A stretch of 18,948 bases of DNA from Fimbriimonadales bacterium (GCA_051003155.1 JBPCLO010000043.1:1-18948); one strand, 5' to 3'. Shown: positions 1-9,283, counted from the first letter of the stretch. Notes: a model not told the origin generated them from the sequence alone. Made by a program: numbers and translations.

Positions 1-162
1 CACGGCGTGCTGCTCGATTCGAACACCGGGGGCGGCGGCCAGGCGAATCGGCCGGATTGGGCGGGCTGCAGCAACAATTGGTGGACGATCGCGCACGAGC
101 TCGGCCATCAGTTCGGCCTCGACCACCTGCGATCGCTTTACTCCCGCTCCTGGGCCGAATAG
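1..162 (+). pseudogene. 3' part of a zinc metallopeptidase-like ORF (metzincin motif), running in from the window edge and ending just after the motif
   Basis: Not in the ORF track. My frame +1 translation is HGVLLDSNTGGGGQANRPDWAGCSNNWWTIAHELGHQFGLDHLRSLYSRSWAE*. HELGHQFGLDH (94-126) matches HExxHxxGxxH. The TAG at 160-162 comes only 11 codons later, with no Met-turn. Confidence 0.6.
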
Positions 163-221
163 TGATAACTTCCTCCGTTTCGGCGAAACTCTCAAGCAAC
201 ATGTTGTGCTACATATTTGTG

Positions 222-497
222 TTATCTCCGCTCGAGCACCGCGTCAGCGCCGGGGGGCTCCCAGCATTCCCGCGCCGTCTGTGCCCGCACTACCGCTCTT
301 CGCGTGGCCAAGACCTCACCGGCTTGAAGGGCCACGGCCCCGCCGCTCTGGGTGGCGGTGGCTTTACCCACTTCTTGCGGCGCGCCTTCGCGTATACGAA
401 CTAGGACCACCGTGGCGCCAGGCAAGGCGTTCTGAAAAACGACCGTGCGGCTGCACTCCGAGAGGGGGCCGGAAATCCGGGGCGGTATAAGTTCCAA
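222..497 (-). CDS. Short hypothetical protein, probably the N-terminal fragment of a larger beta-rich protein
   Basis: TTG start with GGAGG 8 nt upstream (CGGAGGTTGATTC-TTG). The first ~65 aa look protein-like (PPRISGPLSECSRTVVFQNALPGATVVLVR...), while the tail looks degraded. Confidence 0.5.
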   Translation of the reverse strand: MELIPPRISGPLSECSRTVVFQNALPGATVVLVRIREGAPQEVGKATATQSGGAVALQAGEVLATRRAVVRAQTARECWEPPGADAVLERR

Positions 498-570
498 GAA
501 TCAACCTCCGAGTCAGAATTCGTGGAGCTTCTTGCAGGTAAAACTGCCCAAAGCATGCACAAATGAAATG

Positions 571-2268
571 CTAACGCGGAACCTGCTTCGTCAGCGTCCA
601 CGAGACGTCATCGATGCGCGCAGTCCACGGAAAGAGTAACGAGGAACCGTCAGCCCCGAAAGAGACCTCGACCAGCATTTTTCGATCCTTGGGGTTGACG
701 TAGTCCATCCCCTCCTTGGCGAAAGTCGACACGAAAACCTGGTCAGTGTTAGGCATGTTCTGCGTGGCGACGAGGTCGTACTGCCCGGTAGACCAATTAA
801 ACATACGGACCCCCATCGGAACATTGCTACCAGAGTCGCAAGCGGCTTCGATCGAAAAGCTCAAGGCCGAAATGCTTGAGAACGGGGACGTGGTCTCGAG
901 TCGCACGAGGGCGGGCGTCTGCGAGAGAAACAGGACCCGCCCAGGTTGAATGGTGAAGTACTGGTCGTCGCTCTCGATCAGCTCTGGGAGCGACCCTGAC
1001 GACACGCCCCTGACCACTTCGAGCAAAGTGGGGTCGACGGTCTCCATTTTGGGGCGAATTCGGTAAACCTTGCCCAATTGCCAGGAGCAAACGTAGAGAT
1101 AGCCGTCTGGGCCAACCCGGGCGTCCGTCGTTACGCCCCACCCGGTGCCGATCACGAGCAGATCCCTTTCTTCCACACTATCGACGACCTTGTCAGCTAA
1201 GAGTCTCGGCAGATCTAGCCCCTTGCGATCCTTCGCAACCGGCAGAAGGAACAACCTACCGGTGCCGGTGGAGCATAAAATCGCCTTGTCCCGCAAGGCA
1301 TCCGGAAACTTGGTTTTCCATAAGAATTCTATCGCGGTGAGCCCGATCGTATCTAAGAACGACAACACGGGATCTGCGTAGTGGGCGCCTGGAAGCATAA
1401 AGAGGTCCTTCTCGTCATACGTAATTCCGCCGTTCACCTGCATGTCCGCATCCCGGCTGTCCGGGCCCATGATAAGGTGCCAACCGGAGTTCATTCCAGG
1501 CTCGGCAATATTAAGTTCGTCGTAGATCTCGGGCCCGTTCTCCGTATACCAAAGCTGGTCGGACAGCGGGTCGAAAGCCATGCCAAAGCCATTTCGCATT
1601 CCGTACGTATGCGCTCGTTGAAAGTTCTTTATCGGGGACGAAGCGAATGGATTATCCACAGGAACTGAGCCGTCGAGCTCTAGCCGGTAAATGGCGGCGT
1701 TCGATCCGGAAATCCCAGTTGGGTCGTTTACTTCCATCACGCCGAAACGCATCATGTCGCCGTGTTGGACATAAAGCTTCCGATCTGGACCGATCTTGAG
1801 ATAGCCGCCGTGGTGGTACTGAGAAGTGGGCCATCCCTCTGCCCCCCATATCGCGATGGTCGAATCGAGAACGAGCGTTTTTGTCCCCGAATCCCATCTG
1901 TACGTCTCGAGACGATCCTCGATCCAAGCGCCGCCGTCCTTGTCGGCTCGGCAATGGTAAAGATAGATCAATTTGTTCCGGTCGAAATCGGGATGCCTAA
2001 CGATGCCGAGGATCCCCATTTCTCCTTCGGTAGCCACGGTCAGGTCGAGGGCAACCGGCGGTACCGCCGATCCGTCGAGCACGACCACTTTGCCGTCTTC
2101 CTTTTGCGTGACGAGGATCGTATTCTGGTCCACGAACTCGATCGCCGTCGGCAACAACAATTCGGAGCCGACCACCTCAAAAAAGAGATCCTCTAGGAAC
2201 AAGTTTTGTGCCGGCGACACCGCGCGAACGAGTACTGTCAACAGAAGAATTGAACAGCGAGACTTCAT
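571..2268 (-). CDS. Secreted PQQ-dependent sugar dehydrogenase (glucose/sorbosone dehydrogenase beta-propeller family) with an extra C-terminal domain
   Basis: Family motifs HHGGYLKIGPDRKLYVQHGD, YGMRNGFGMAFDP, TENGPEIYDELN, NSGW and GPDGYLYV. ATG at 2268 follows GGAGG-AAATTTACTC, which is a better start than the track's 2295. Signal-peptide-like N-terminus MKSRCSILLLTVLVRAVSPA|Q. Confidence 0.85.
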   Translation of the reverse strand: MKSRCSILLLTVLVRAVSPAQNLFLEDLFFEVVGSELLLPTAIEFVDQNTILVTQKEDGKVVVLDGSAVPPVALDLTVATEGEMGILGIVRHPDFDRNKLIYLYHCRADKDGGAWIEDRLETYRWDSGTKTLVLDSTIAIWGAEGWPTSQYHHGGYLKIGPDRKLYVQHGDMMRFGVMEVNDPTGISGSNAAIYRLELDGSVPVDNPFASSPIKNFQRAHTYGMRNGFGMAFDPLSDQLWYTENGPEIYDELNIAEPGMNSGWHLIMGPDSRDADMQVNGGITYDEKDLFMLPGAHYADPVLSFLDTIGLTAIEFLWKTKFPDALRDKAILCSTGTGRLFLLPVAKDRKGLDLPRLLADKVVDSVEERDLLVIGTGWGVTTDARVGPDGYLYVCSWQLGKVYRIRPKMETVDPTLLEVVRGVSSGSLPELIESDDQYFTIQPGRVLFLSQTPALVRLETTSPFSSISALSFSIEAACDSGSNVPMGVRMFNWSTGQYDLVATQNMPNTDQVFVSTFAKEGMDYVNPKDRKMLVEVSFGADGSSLLFPWTARIDDVSWTLTKQVPR

Positions 2269-2373
2269 GAGTAAATTTCCTCCAACTGCTACCACGGGGC
2301 GGCGAACGCAAGCCCAATAAGCCTACCTAACCCAGTATTCCATAAATTCGTACTCCATACCAGCCTCGGAATC

Positions 2374-2403
2374 TTGACTTTTTTGTATGGATTTAGTTAG
2401 AAT
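2374..2403 (+). promoter_or_regulatory. Sigma70-type promoter of the suf operon
   Basis: TTGACT (2374-2379), 18-nt spacer, TAGAAT (2398-2403). AAGGA RBS at 2408-2412 and sufB ATG at 2418. Confidence 0.7.
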
Positions 2404-2417
2404 AGCTAAGGATAACA

Positions 2418-3872
2418 ATGAGTACCGAGACCGAGGTCGAGCAATTAGAAAGCTTAGCAAACCGCGATTACCAATGGGGTTTCGTCACCGACATCGACCA
2501 GGAGACGGCGCCCAAGGGTCTAAGTGAGGACACGGTTCGGTTCATTTCGGCCAAGAAAGAAGAGCCGGAATGGATGCTCGAATGGAGGCTGAAGGCATAC
2601 CGCCTTTGGCTGACGATGACGGAGCCGACGTGGCAGAACGTTAAGTACGACCCAATCGACTATCAGGACATCTACTACTACGCCGCGCCGAAATCGGCTA
2701 AGGACGCGCCGAAGAGCCTTGACGAAGTCGACCCCGAGTTGCTGAAGACCTACGAAAAGCTCGGCATCCCCCTGCAAGAGCGGGCGATCCTTGCGGGTGT
2801 GGCAGTGGACGCGGTTTTCGATAGTGTGTCTGTCGCGACGACGTTCAAGGGCGAGCTCGCCAAGCACGGAATCATCTTTTGCTCGTTCTCCGAAGCGGTG
2901 AGGGAGCATTCTGACTTGGTAAAGCAGTACCTGGGCTCGGTCGTTCCCTACTCGGACAACTTTTTTGCGACGCTCAACTCCGCCGTATTCAGCGACGGAT
3001 CATTTGTTTACATTCCGAAAGGCGTTCGCTGCCCGATGGAGCTTTCTACGTACTTCCGAATTAACGCCGCGAAGAGCGGGCAGTTCGAGCGCACGCTGAT
3101 CATTGCGGAGGCGGGGGCATACGTCTCGTATCTCGAGGGATGCACGGCGCCGATGCGGGACGAGAACCAGCTTCACGCTGCCGTGGTGGAATTGGTGGCC
3201 CTGGATAATGCGACGATTAAATACTCGACCGTACAAAACTGGTACCCGGGCGATAAGGACGGCAAGGGCGGCATCTACAATTTTGTCACGAAGAGAGGCG
3301 CATGTCGAGGTAAGAATTCCAAGATCACCTGGACGCAGGTAGAGACCGGTTCGGCGATTACGTGGAAGTATCCCGGCGTAATTTTGCAGGGCGACAATTC
3401 GATCGGAGAGTTCTATTCCGTGGCGCTGACAAGCAACCACCAGCAGGCGGATACCGGCACAAAGATGATCCACCTTGGCAAGAACACCAAGAGCACGATC
3501 GTCTCGAAGGGCATTTCGGCGATGTACGGCCAGAACACCTATCGCGGGCTCGTGAAAATTAATCGCGGAGCTACCGGGGCACGCAATTATTCCCAGTGCG
3601 ATTCGCTCTTGATCGGTGACGAATGCGGCGCGCACACGTTCCCCTACCTCGAAGTGAAGAACTCAACCGCTACTGTGGAGCACGAGGCCTCCACGTCCAA
3701 AATCGGCGAGGACCAAATTTTCTACTGCAACCAACGTGGAATTCCAACCGAGGATGCCGTGAACATGATCGTGAGCGGCTTTTGCAAGGACGTCTTCAGG
3801 GAACTGCCGATGGAATTTGCGGTCGAAGCGCAAAAGCTGCTGAGCGTAAGTTTGGAAGGCAGCGTCGGATAA
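2418..3872 (+). CDS. sufB: Fe-S cluster assembly protein SufB
   Basis: 484 aa. Conserved [63 protein letters not shown] and the C-terminus [23 protein letters not shown]. Confidence 0.98.
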   Translation: MSTETEVEQLESLANRDYQWGFVTDIDQETAPKGLSEDTVRFISAKKEEPEWMLEWRLKAYRLWLTMTEPTWQNVKYDPIDYQDIYYYAAPKSAKDAPKSLDEVDPELLKTYEKLGIPLQERAILAGVAVDAVFDSVSVATTFKGELAKHGIIFCSFSEAVREHSDLVKQYLGSVVPYSDNFFATLNSAVFSDGSFVYIPKGVRCPMELSTYFRINAAKSGQFERTLIIAEAGAYVSYLEGCTAPMRDENQLHAAVVELVALDNATIKYSTVQNWYPGDKDGKGGIYNFVTKRGACRGKNSKITWTQVETGSAITWKYPGVILQGDNSIGEFYSVALTSNHQQADTGTKMIHLGKNTKSTIVSKGISAMYGQNTYRGLVKINRGATGARNYSQCDSLLIGDECGAHTFPYLEVKNSTATVEHEASTSKIGEDQIFYCNQRGIPTEDAVNMIVSGFCKDVFRELPMEFAVEAQKLLSVSLEGSVG

Positions 3873-3892
3873 TTTTCAGATCGGAAAGAAAT

Positions 3893-4642
3893 ATGCTTGA
3901 AATAAAGAATCTACATGCGAGTGTCGAAGGAAACGAAATCCTTCGTGGGATCAACCTGACCGTCAAGCCCGGCGAGGTTCATGCGATTATGGGTCCGAAC
4001 GGCTCCGGCAAGAGCACGCTGGCTCAGGTCCTTGCCGGCCGCGACGATTACGAGGTCTCGGAAGGCAGCGTAACCTTCGACGGCAGGGACCTTTTGGATT
4101 TGGATCCTGAGGACAGAGCTGCTGAGGGCGTCTTCATGGCGTTCCAGTATCCGGTTCAAATTCCAGGCGTCAGCAATTCCTATTTCTTGAAGGCCGCGCT
4201 CAACGCCGTTCGCAAGCACAATGGCCAGCCGCCGATGGACGCTTTCGAATTTATGGCGCTTATGAAGGAAAAACAGGAACTGGTGGATATGGACCAGTCG
4301 TTCCTTAGCAGGCCGGTGAACGAAGGGTTTTCCGGCGGTGAAAAGAAACGGAACGAAATTTTCCAGATGGCTGTGCTGGAACCGAGGCTTTGTATTTTGG
4401 ACGAGACCGATTCGGGACTGGATATCGACGCGCTCAAGATCGTCGCAAAAGGTGTGAACTCGATGCGGAGTCCTGAGAGATCGATGATCGTGGTCACCCA
4501 CTATCAGCGCTTGTTGAATTATATCGTTCCTGACTTTGTGCACGTTTTGGTCGACGGCAAGATCGCTCGTTCCGGCGGGAAGGAACTTGCGTTGCAGTTG
4601 GAGGAGAGCGGGTACGCCCAGTTCGAGGAGGCGCTGACCTAA
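3893..4642 (+). CDS. sufC: Fe-S cluster assembly ATPase SufC
   Basis: True start is [11 protein letters not shown] at 3893, inside track ORF 3623-4642. Walker [10 protein letters not shown], signature [14 protein letters not shown], Walker [15 protein letters not shown], and [10 protein letters not shown]. Confidence 0.97.
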   Translation: MLEIKNLHASVEGNEILRGINLTVKPGEVHAIMGPNGSGKSTLAQVLAGRDDYEVSEGSVTFDGRDLLDLDPEDRAAEGVFMAFQYPVQIPGVSNSYFLKAALNAVRKHNGQPPMDAFEFMALMKEKQELVDMDQSFLSRPVNEGFSGGEKKRNEIFQMAVLEPRLCILDETDSGLDIDALKIVAKGVNSMRSPERSMIVVTHYQRLLNYIVPDFVHVLVDGKIARSGGKELALQLEESGYAQFEEALT

Positions 4643-5947
4643 ATGCTGGACCTGAACTCGAAAGTTTGTGCATTCGAGTCTGCGTTCGACGACGCGCAGA
4701 CGGAGCTGAACGCGATCGGCTTCGGCGAAATGCGCCGCGGCGCTATGGCTCGCTTCCTTGAGTTGGGAATTCCGACCACCAAAGACGAGGAGTGGAAGTT
4801 CACGAGCGCGCGAGAAATTGCCGAAACGGACTTCGATTTCTCAACGCCGCAGGTCGAAGTCGATTTGAAGCGCATGGACCAGGTCGCCTTTGGCACCGGC
4901 GGGCCGTTACTCGTTTTCGTAAACGGAGCGTTTTCGCCGGAGCATTCCCATTCAGACGGCTTGCCTGACGGTGTTATCGTCAAGAGCCTGCGAAGGGCGC
5001 TTAGTGAAGACGCCCCCATCGTCGAGAAACACTTAGGCAAGGTTATAGATTTCGACGAAGCCGCCTTCACTGCACTCAACACCGCCTTTTTTCAAGACGG
5101 ATTTTTCGTTTATATTCCGGAGAGTACGATTGTCGAGCAACCGATTTACGTGGCTTTTATCGCCGCATCCTCGGGCAAGGCGGCGATATCTCACCCAAGG
5201 AATCTGCTCGTCATCGAGAACCACGCCCAGGCTAGCGTTGTAGAGAGCTACATCGGGGACGCGGGTGCTTCCTTTGTTAATGCCGTGACGGAATGCGTTG
5301 CCGGTGACGACGCCGTCGTTGAGCATGCAAAATTGCAGCTTGGGAATACCGAGGCGTTCCACGTCACGAGCATGCAGATCGTTCAAGGCGGGGCGAGCAA
5401 CGTGAAAAGCACGGTTGTCACGATTGGCGGCAAATGGGTTCGCAACGATACTAATTCTATCTTAAACGGCCAAGGCTGCGAGTGCACGATCGATGGGCTC
5501 TACATTGGCCACGGCGACCAACACATCGACAACCATACGCGCCTCGACCACGCACAGCCGAACTGCCCTAGCCACGAGCTTTTTAAGGGAGTTCTAACGG
5601 ACAAATCGAGCGCAGTTTTCAACGGTAAGATCATCGTTCGCCAAATCGCGCAAAAGACCGACTCGAAGCAGTCCAACATGAATTTGCTCCTTTCCGACGA
5701 CGCGGTGATAAACACAAAGCCACAGCTCGAAATCTTCGCTGACGACGTTCGATGCACGCACGGGGCGACGATTGGAAGGCTCGATGAGGACGCTCTGTTT
5801 TACTTGAGATCGCGAGGCATCGATAAAACGGACGCGCGCAATTTGCTGATTTATGCCTTCGCCAGCGACGTTATCGACCGAATCAAGATTCCCGAACTAA
5901 GGGAATCCCTGGAAGAAATGCTCTTCAAGCGATTCGCGGAAAAATGA
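4643..5947 (+). CDS. sufD: Fe-S cluster assembly protein SufD
   Basis: 434 aa. PTTKDEEWKFT, FNGKIIV, AQKTDSKQ, TKPQLEIFADDVRCTHGATIG and LFYLRSRGI. Abuts the sufC stop (TAAATG). Confidence 0.96.
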   Translation: MLDLNSKVCAFESAFDDAQTELNAIGFGEMRRGAMARFLELGIPTTKDEEWKFTSAREIAETDFDFSTPQVEVDLKRMDQVAFGTGGPLLVFVNGAFSPEHSHSDGLPDGVIVKSLRRALSEDAPIVEKHLGKVIDFDEAAFTALNTAFFQDGFFVYIPESTIVEQPIYVAFIAASSGKAAISHPRNLLVIENHAQASVVESYIGDAGASFVNAVTECVAGDDAVVEHAKLQLGNTEAFHVTSMQIVQGGASNVKSTVVTIGGKWVRNDTNSILNGQGCECTIDGLYIGHGDQHIDNHTRLDHAQPNCPSHELFKGVLTDKSSAVFNGKIIVRQIAQKTDSKQSNMNLLLSDDAVINTKPQLEIFADDVRCTHGATIGRLDEDALFYLRSRGIDKTDARNLLIYAFASDVIDRIKIPELRESLEEMLFKRFAEK

Positions 5948-7179
5948 TGAGCGCCGCGACCCGTACTGGCTTCGATGTGATGAAGATTCGGGAGGATTTC
6001 CCGATTCTAAACCAAACGCCTTACGGAAAGCCGCTCGTGTATCTGGACAACGCGGCAACGGCGCAAAAGCCGCGGGTCGTGATAGACGCGACATCACGCT
6101 TCTACGCCGAACAGTATGCGAACGTAAATCGAGGCGTGCACTATTTGAGCGAGCAAGCGAACGCAATTTACGACCAAGCCCGCGAGTCCGTCGCTCGGTT
6201 CATCAGTGCGGACGCGGACGAAATCGTTTTTACGCGAGGAACCACGGAAGCCATTAATTTGGTGGCGGCTTCTTGGGGTACGCGCATTCGGCCCGGTGAG
6301 GAGATACTAATTACGGAAATGGAGCACCACTCCAATATCGTTCCGTGGCAGCTCTTGTGCGAAGAAAGGGGCGCCCGCTTGCGAGTGGCGCCCATTACGA
6401 GTGCTGGCGAACTCGATGTCGACGCATTCGACTCCTTGATTACGGAGCGAACCAAGTTGGTTAGCGTAGTGCACATTTCGAACGTGCTCGGAACGATAAA
6501 CCCTATATCCGATATCGTTCGATTTGCGCATGCAAAGGGCGTACCGATCTTGGTCGATGGTGCCCAGTCTATTCCGCATATGGCGGTCGACGTTCGAGCT
6601 TTAGACTGTGAGTTTTACGCATTTTCCGGCCATAAACTGTTCGGGCCGACAGGGATTGGGGTTCTGTATGTAAAGCGTGCGCTGCTCGATGAAATGCCGC
6701 CATACCAAAGCGGCGGCGACATGATCGTTTCGGTGAGCTTCGATAAATCGACGTACAAATCGGGGCCCGGCCGGTTCGAAGCCGGTACGCCGAATATCGC
6801 TGGCGTCGTAGGACTCGCCGAAGCAATCCGCTATGTCGATGAGATCGGACTGGTTCAAATCTGCGAGCACGAGAATCAGCTCTTGGAATATGCGACCAAA
6901 AAGCTTGCTCCGATCCCTGGCCTGAAAGTTATCGGAAATGCAAAGCGGAAAGCATCGGTCATTTCTTTTGTTATCGAAGGTGTACATCCGCATGACGTTG
7001 GCACGGTCCTCGACCGAGAGGGGATCGCAATTCGCGCCGGACACCATTGCGCACAGCCGCTCATGAAGGTTTTGGGTGTGCCGGCAACGGTACGCGCCTC
7101 ATTCGCCTTTTACAACACCAAAACCGAGGTCGATGTCCTTGTAGGCGGGCTCGTTAGGGTAAGGGAAATGTTCTCATGA
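5944..7179 (+). CDS. sufS: Cysteine desulfurase SufS
   Basis: YLDNAATAQKP, MEHHSNIVPW, PLP lysine motif FSGHK, RFEAGTP and catalytic RAGHHCAQP (group II desulfurase). Overlaps the sufD stop. Confidence 0.96.
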   Translation: MMSAATRTGFDVMKIREDFPILNQTPYGKPLVYLDNAATAQKPRVVIDATSRFYAEQYANVNRGVHYLSEQANAIYDQARESVARFISADADEIVFTRGTTEAINLVAASWGTRIRPGEEILITEMEHHSNIVPWQLLCEERGARLRVAPITSAGELDVDAFDSLITERTKLVSVVHISNVLGTINPISDIVRFAHAKGVPILVDGAQSIPHMAVDVRALDCEFYAFSGHKLFGPTGIGVLYVKRALLDEMPPYQSGGDMIVSVSFDKSTYKSGPGRFEAGTPNIAGVVGLAEAIRYVDEIGLVQICEHENQLLEYATKKLAPIPGLKVIGNAKRKASVISFVIEGVHPHDVGTVLDREGIAIRAGHHCAQPLMKVLGVPATVRASFAFYNTKTEVDVLVGGLVRVREMFS

Positions 7180-7613
7180 CCGATTTGCGCGAGCTATACC
7201 AGGAGGTCATTTTGGACCACTATAAGAAACCGCGTAATTTCGGTGATTTGCCGGAGGCTACGCACCGCGCGGTCGGCGACAATCCGCTCTGCGGCGACAA
7301 TATCATCATTTCGGTGAGAATAGATGGTGATACGGTGAGCGAAGTACAGTTTACGGGCTCCGGATGTGCGATATCGACCGCGTCGGCTTCGCTAATGACG
7401 GAATCGGTTGCGGGAAAAACATTGGCCGATGTCGAAATGGCGTTTCGAGATTTTCACCAATTGGTGACTTCCGAGCAGAAGCCCGCCGCGCTCGGCAAAT
7501 TAGCGGTTTTTGCGGGCGTGCGCGAGTTTCCATCACGCGTAAAATGCGCGACCTTGGCTTGGCACACGCTCAGGGCGGCGCTCAAGGGTGGTGCAACGGT
7601 GACAACAGAATAA
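7176..7613 (+). CDS. sufU: SUF system NifU-family sulfur transfer protein SufU
   Basis: LYQEVILDH, NPLCGD, GCAISTASAS and RVKCATLAW, giving the three Cys plus Asp ligands. ATGA overlap with sufS. Confidence 0.93.
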   Translation: MTDLRELYQEVILDHYKKPRNFGDLPEATHRAVGDNPLCGDNIIISVRIDGDTVSEVQFTGSGCAISTASASLMTESVAGKTLADVEMAFRDFHQLVTSEQKPAALGKLAVFAGVREFPSRVKCATLAWHTLRAALKGGATVTTE

Positions 7614-7942
7614 TGGAAATCAACACAAAGATTGAGATGATGCCCCTGCAGGGCGAAGTGATCGAGGCGATACGACAGGTTTATGACCCGGAAATTCCAG
7701 TGAATATTTATGAATTGGGCCTCATTTACGAGGTGAACGTATCGCCACCCGGCGACGTTCACGTGAAGATGACCTTGACCGCGCCCGCATGCCCAGTCGC
7801 CGGGACCCTGCCGGGAGAGGTCGAGGAGAAAATCAGGACCGTTGAGGGTGTGACTTCGGCCCTGGTCGAGGTCGTCTGGGATCCACCGTGGGACATGAGT
7901 CGGATGTCCGACGAAGCGAAATTGGAGCTTGGCCTTTTCTAA
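7613..7942 (+). CDS. sufT: DUF59 / SufT (PaaD-like) Fe-S cluster assembly factor
   Basis: Start ATG 7613 overlaps the sufU stop (TAATG), giving 109 aa. DUF59 signature VYDPEIPVNIYELGLIY, MTLTAPACPVA, VWDPPW. Confidence 0.88.
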   Translation: MEINTKIEMMPLQGEVIEAIRQVYDPEIPVNIYELGLIYEVNVSPPGDVHVKMTLTAPACPVAGTLPGEVEEKIRTVEGVTSALVEVVWDPPWDMSRMSDEAKLELGLF

Positions 7943-8398
7943 ATGAAATTTAGCGCTCAGGAGGAATATGGACTGCGTTGTCTTCTTCAGGTCGCGAAGG
8001 CGGGAGACGGCGCAAGCTTGGCGATTCCTGAGATCGGCAGATTGGAAGGGCTTTCGCAAGCGAACGTCGCGAAACTGACGCGTTTGTTAAGGAAAGGTAG
8101 TTACGTGATAGCGTCGCGCGGGCAGTCGGGCGGATACACCCTGGGAAGACGCCCGAGTGAAATTGCGGTCGGAGAAGTTTTGGCTTTCCTCGGCGGGAGG
8201 CTTTACGACGCAGGATTTTGCGACCGCCATAAGGGCACGGCCCTCATGTGCACGCATTCGATCGACTGCTCACTTCGGTCTTTATGGTCGAGCCTGCAGT
8301 TCGCGGTTGACGAGGTCGTGGACAAGATGACTTTGGATCATTTGCTTCCCAAGCAAGAAGCGGAACTTCTCCGCGTCGAGTTAGAACACTCGCGCTAA
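7943..8398 (+). CDS. Rrf2-family transcriptional regulator with three C-terminal cysteines
   Basis: EYGLRCLL, winged HTH with SRGQSGGYTL, and C93/C103/C109 followed by SLW. Abuts the sufT stop (TAAATG). Confidence 0.92.
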   Translation: MKFSAQEEYGLRCLLQVAKAGDGASLAIPEIGRLEGLSQANVAKLTRLLRKGSYVIASRGQSGGYTLGRRPSEIAVGEVLAFLGGRLYDAGFCDRHKGTALMCTHSIDCSLRSLWSSLQFAVDEVVDKMTLDHLLPKQEAELLRVELEHSR

Positions 8399-9283
8399 TT
8401 TTCCGGCTTTCTTTCTCTTCAAGGGGGCTTCGATGCACTCTCTGGAGCAGCAGCGGGACATTTCCCTTTCGCATTCCTCGCAGCAAAAGAACTGGATGTT
8501 GCATATGACGTTTGCGCAGTTAACGTATTGGTCTGAGGGCTCGCCACAGTGGGCACAGGTTGTGATCACCGCCTGGGACGGCGTAGAGTTCACCGAGGTC
8601 GAAATCCGCTCGTCAAACACGTAGCACCGCCCGTCGAATAGGTCTCCGCGAACGTCGGGGTCCTTGGCATAGCTCACGATGCCGCCAGCGAGCTGGCTTA
8701 CGTTCGAAAATCCTCGACAGAATAAATAGGCCGTCAGCTTCTCGCATCTAATTCCGCCCGTGCAATACGTAACGATTCGCTTGTTCTTGAAACCGAGTAA
8801 ATTGTTTTCGATCCATCTCGGGAAATCTCTGAAGTTCTCAACATCGGGCATCATGGCGTTTCTAAACCTCCCCAACACGTGCTCGTAATTATTGCGGCCG
8901 TCGAGAATAATGGATTCGGGATCGTTTAACGCCTCCCTGAATTCTGTTGGGGTGAGCGAGTTGCCTGTACGAGCCATATCCACCGGAACGCCCAATCCAA
9001 TGATTTCTGAGCGCGCTCGGACGAACAGTTTCTTGAACGCGTGCTCGTGGGCTTCGTCCGCTTTAAATTCCATGTCTGCGAAGCGTGCGTCGGAATGCAG
9101 AACGTCCATGTACTTGCGGGCATTGTATGCCGTCCCTGAAGCTGTCCCGTTAATGCCCTCCGGCGCGATAATAATGCGCCCGCGCATATCCAGTGAGCGG
9201 CACACTCCCAGGTGCGCGCGGGCGAAATCGACGTGGTCCTCGATCAGAACGAACTTATAGAACAGCAGAACCCTAAACGGCAT
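8381..9283 (-). CDS. trhO: Rhodanese-related protein, probable oxygen-dependent tRNA uridine(34) hydroxylase TrhO (YceA/UPF0176 family)
   Basis: Start reassigned to MPFRVLLFYKF (9283). RGRIIIAPEGINGT, LDGRNNYE, YCTGGIRCEK, QLAGGIVSY, FDGRCYVFDER and a Cys-rich tail. Its 3' end overlaps rrf2 by 18 nt. Confidence 0.88.
   Translation of the reverse strand: MPFRVLLFYKFVLIEDHVDFARAHLGVCRSLDMRGRIIIAPEGINGTASGTAYNARKYMDVLHSDARFADMEFKADEAHEHAFKKLFVRARSEIIGLGVPVDMARTGNSLTPTEFREALNDPESIILDGRNNYEHVLGRFRNAMMPDVENFRDFPRWIENNLLGFKNKRIVTYCTGGIRCEKLTAYLFCRGFSNVSQLAGGIVSYAKDPDVRGDLFDGRCYVFDERISTSVNSTPSQAVITTCAHCGEPSDQYVNCANVICNIQFFCCEECEREMSRCCSRECIEAPLKRKKAGKLARVF

Noticed and set aside
530..555. Possible sigma54 promoter or terminator hairpin (GCAG-GTAAAA-CTGC)
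   Set aside because: The GG-to-GC spacing is not the required 10 nt, and the stem is only 4 bp with no U-tract.
3623..3892. 90-aa N-terminal extension of SufC in the ORF track
   Set aside because: It overlaps sufB out of frame, and the canonical SufC start MLEIKNL is at 3893.
7364..7612. N-terminal extension of the DUF59 ORF
   Set aside because: It overlaps sufU. The coupled TAATG start at 7613 gives a normal-sized protein.
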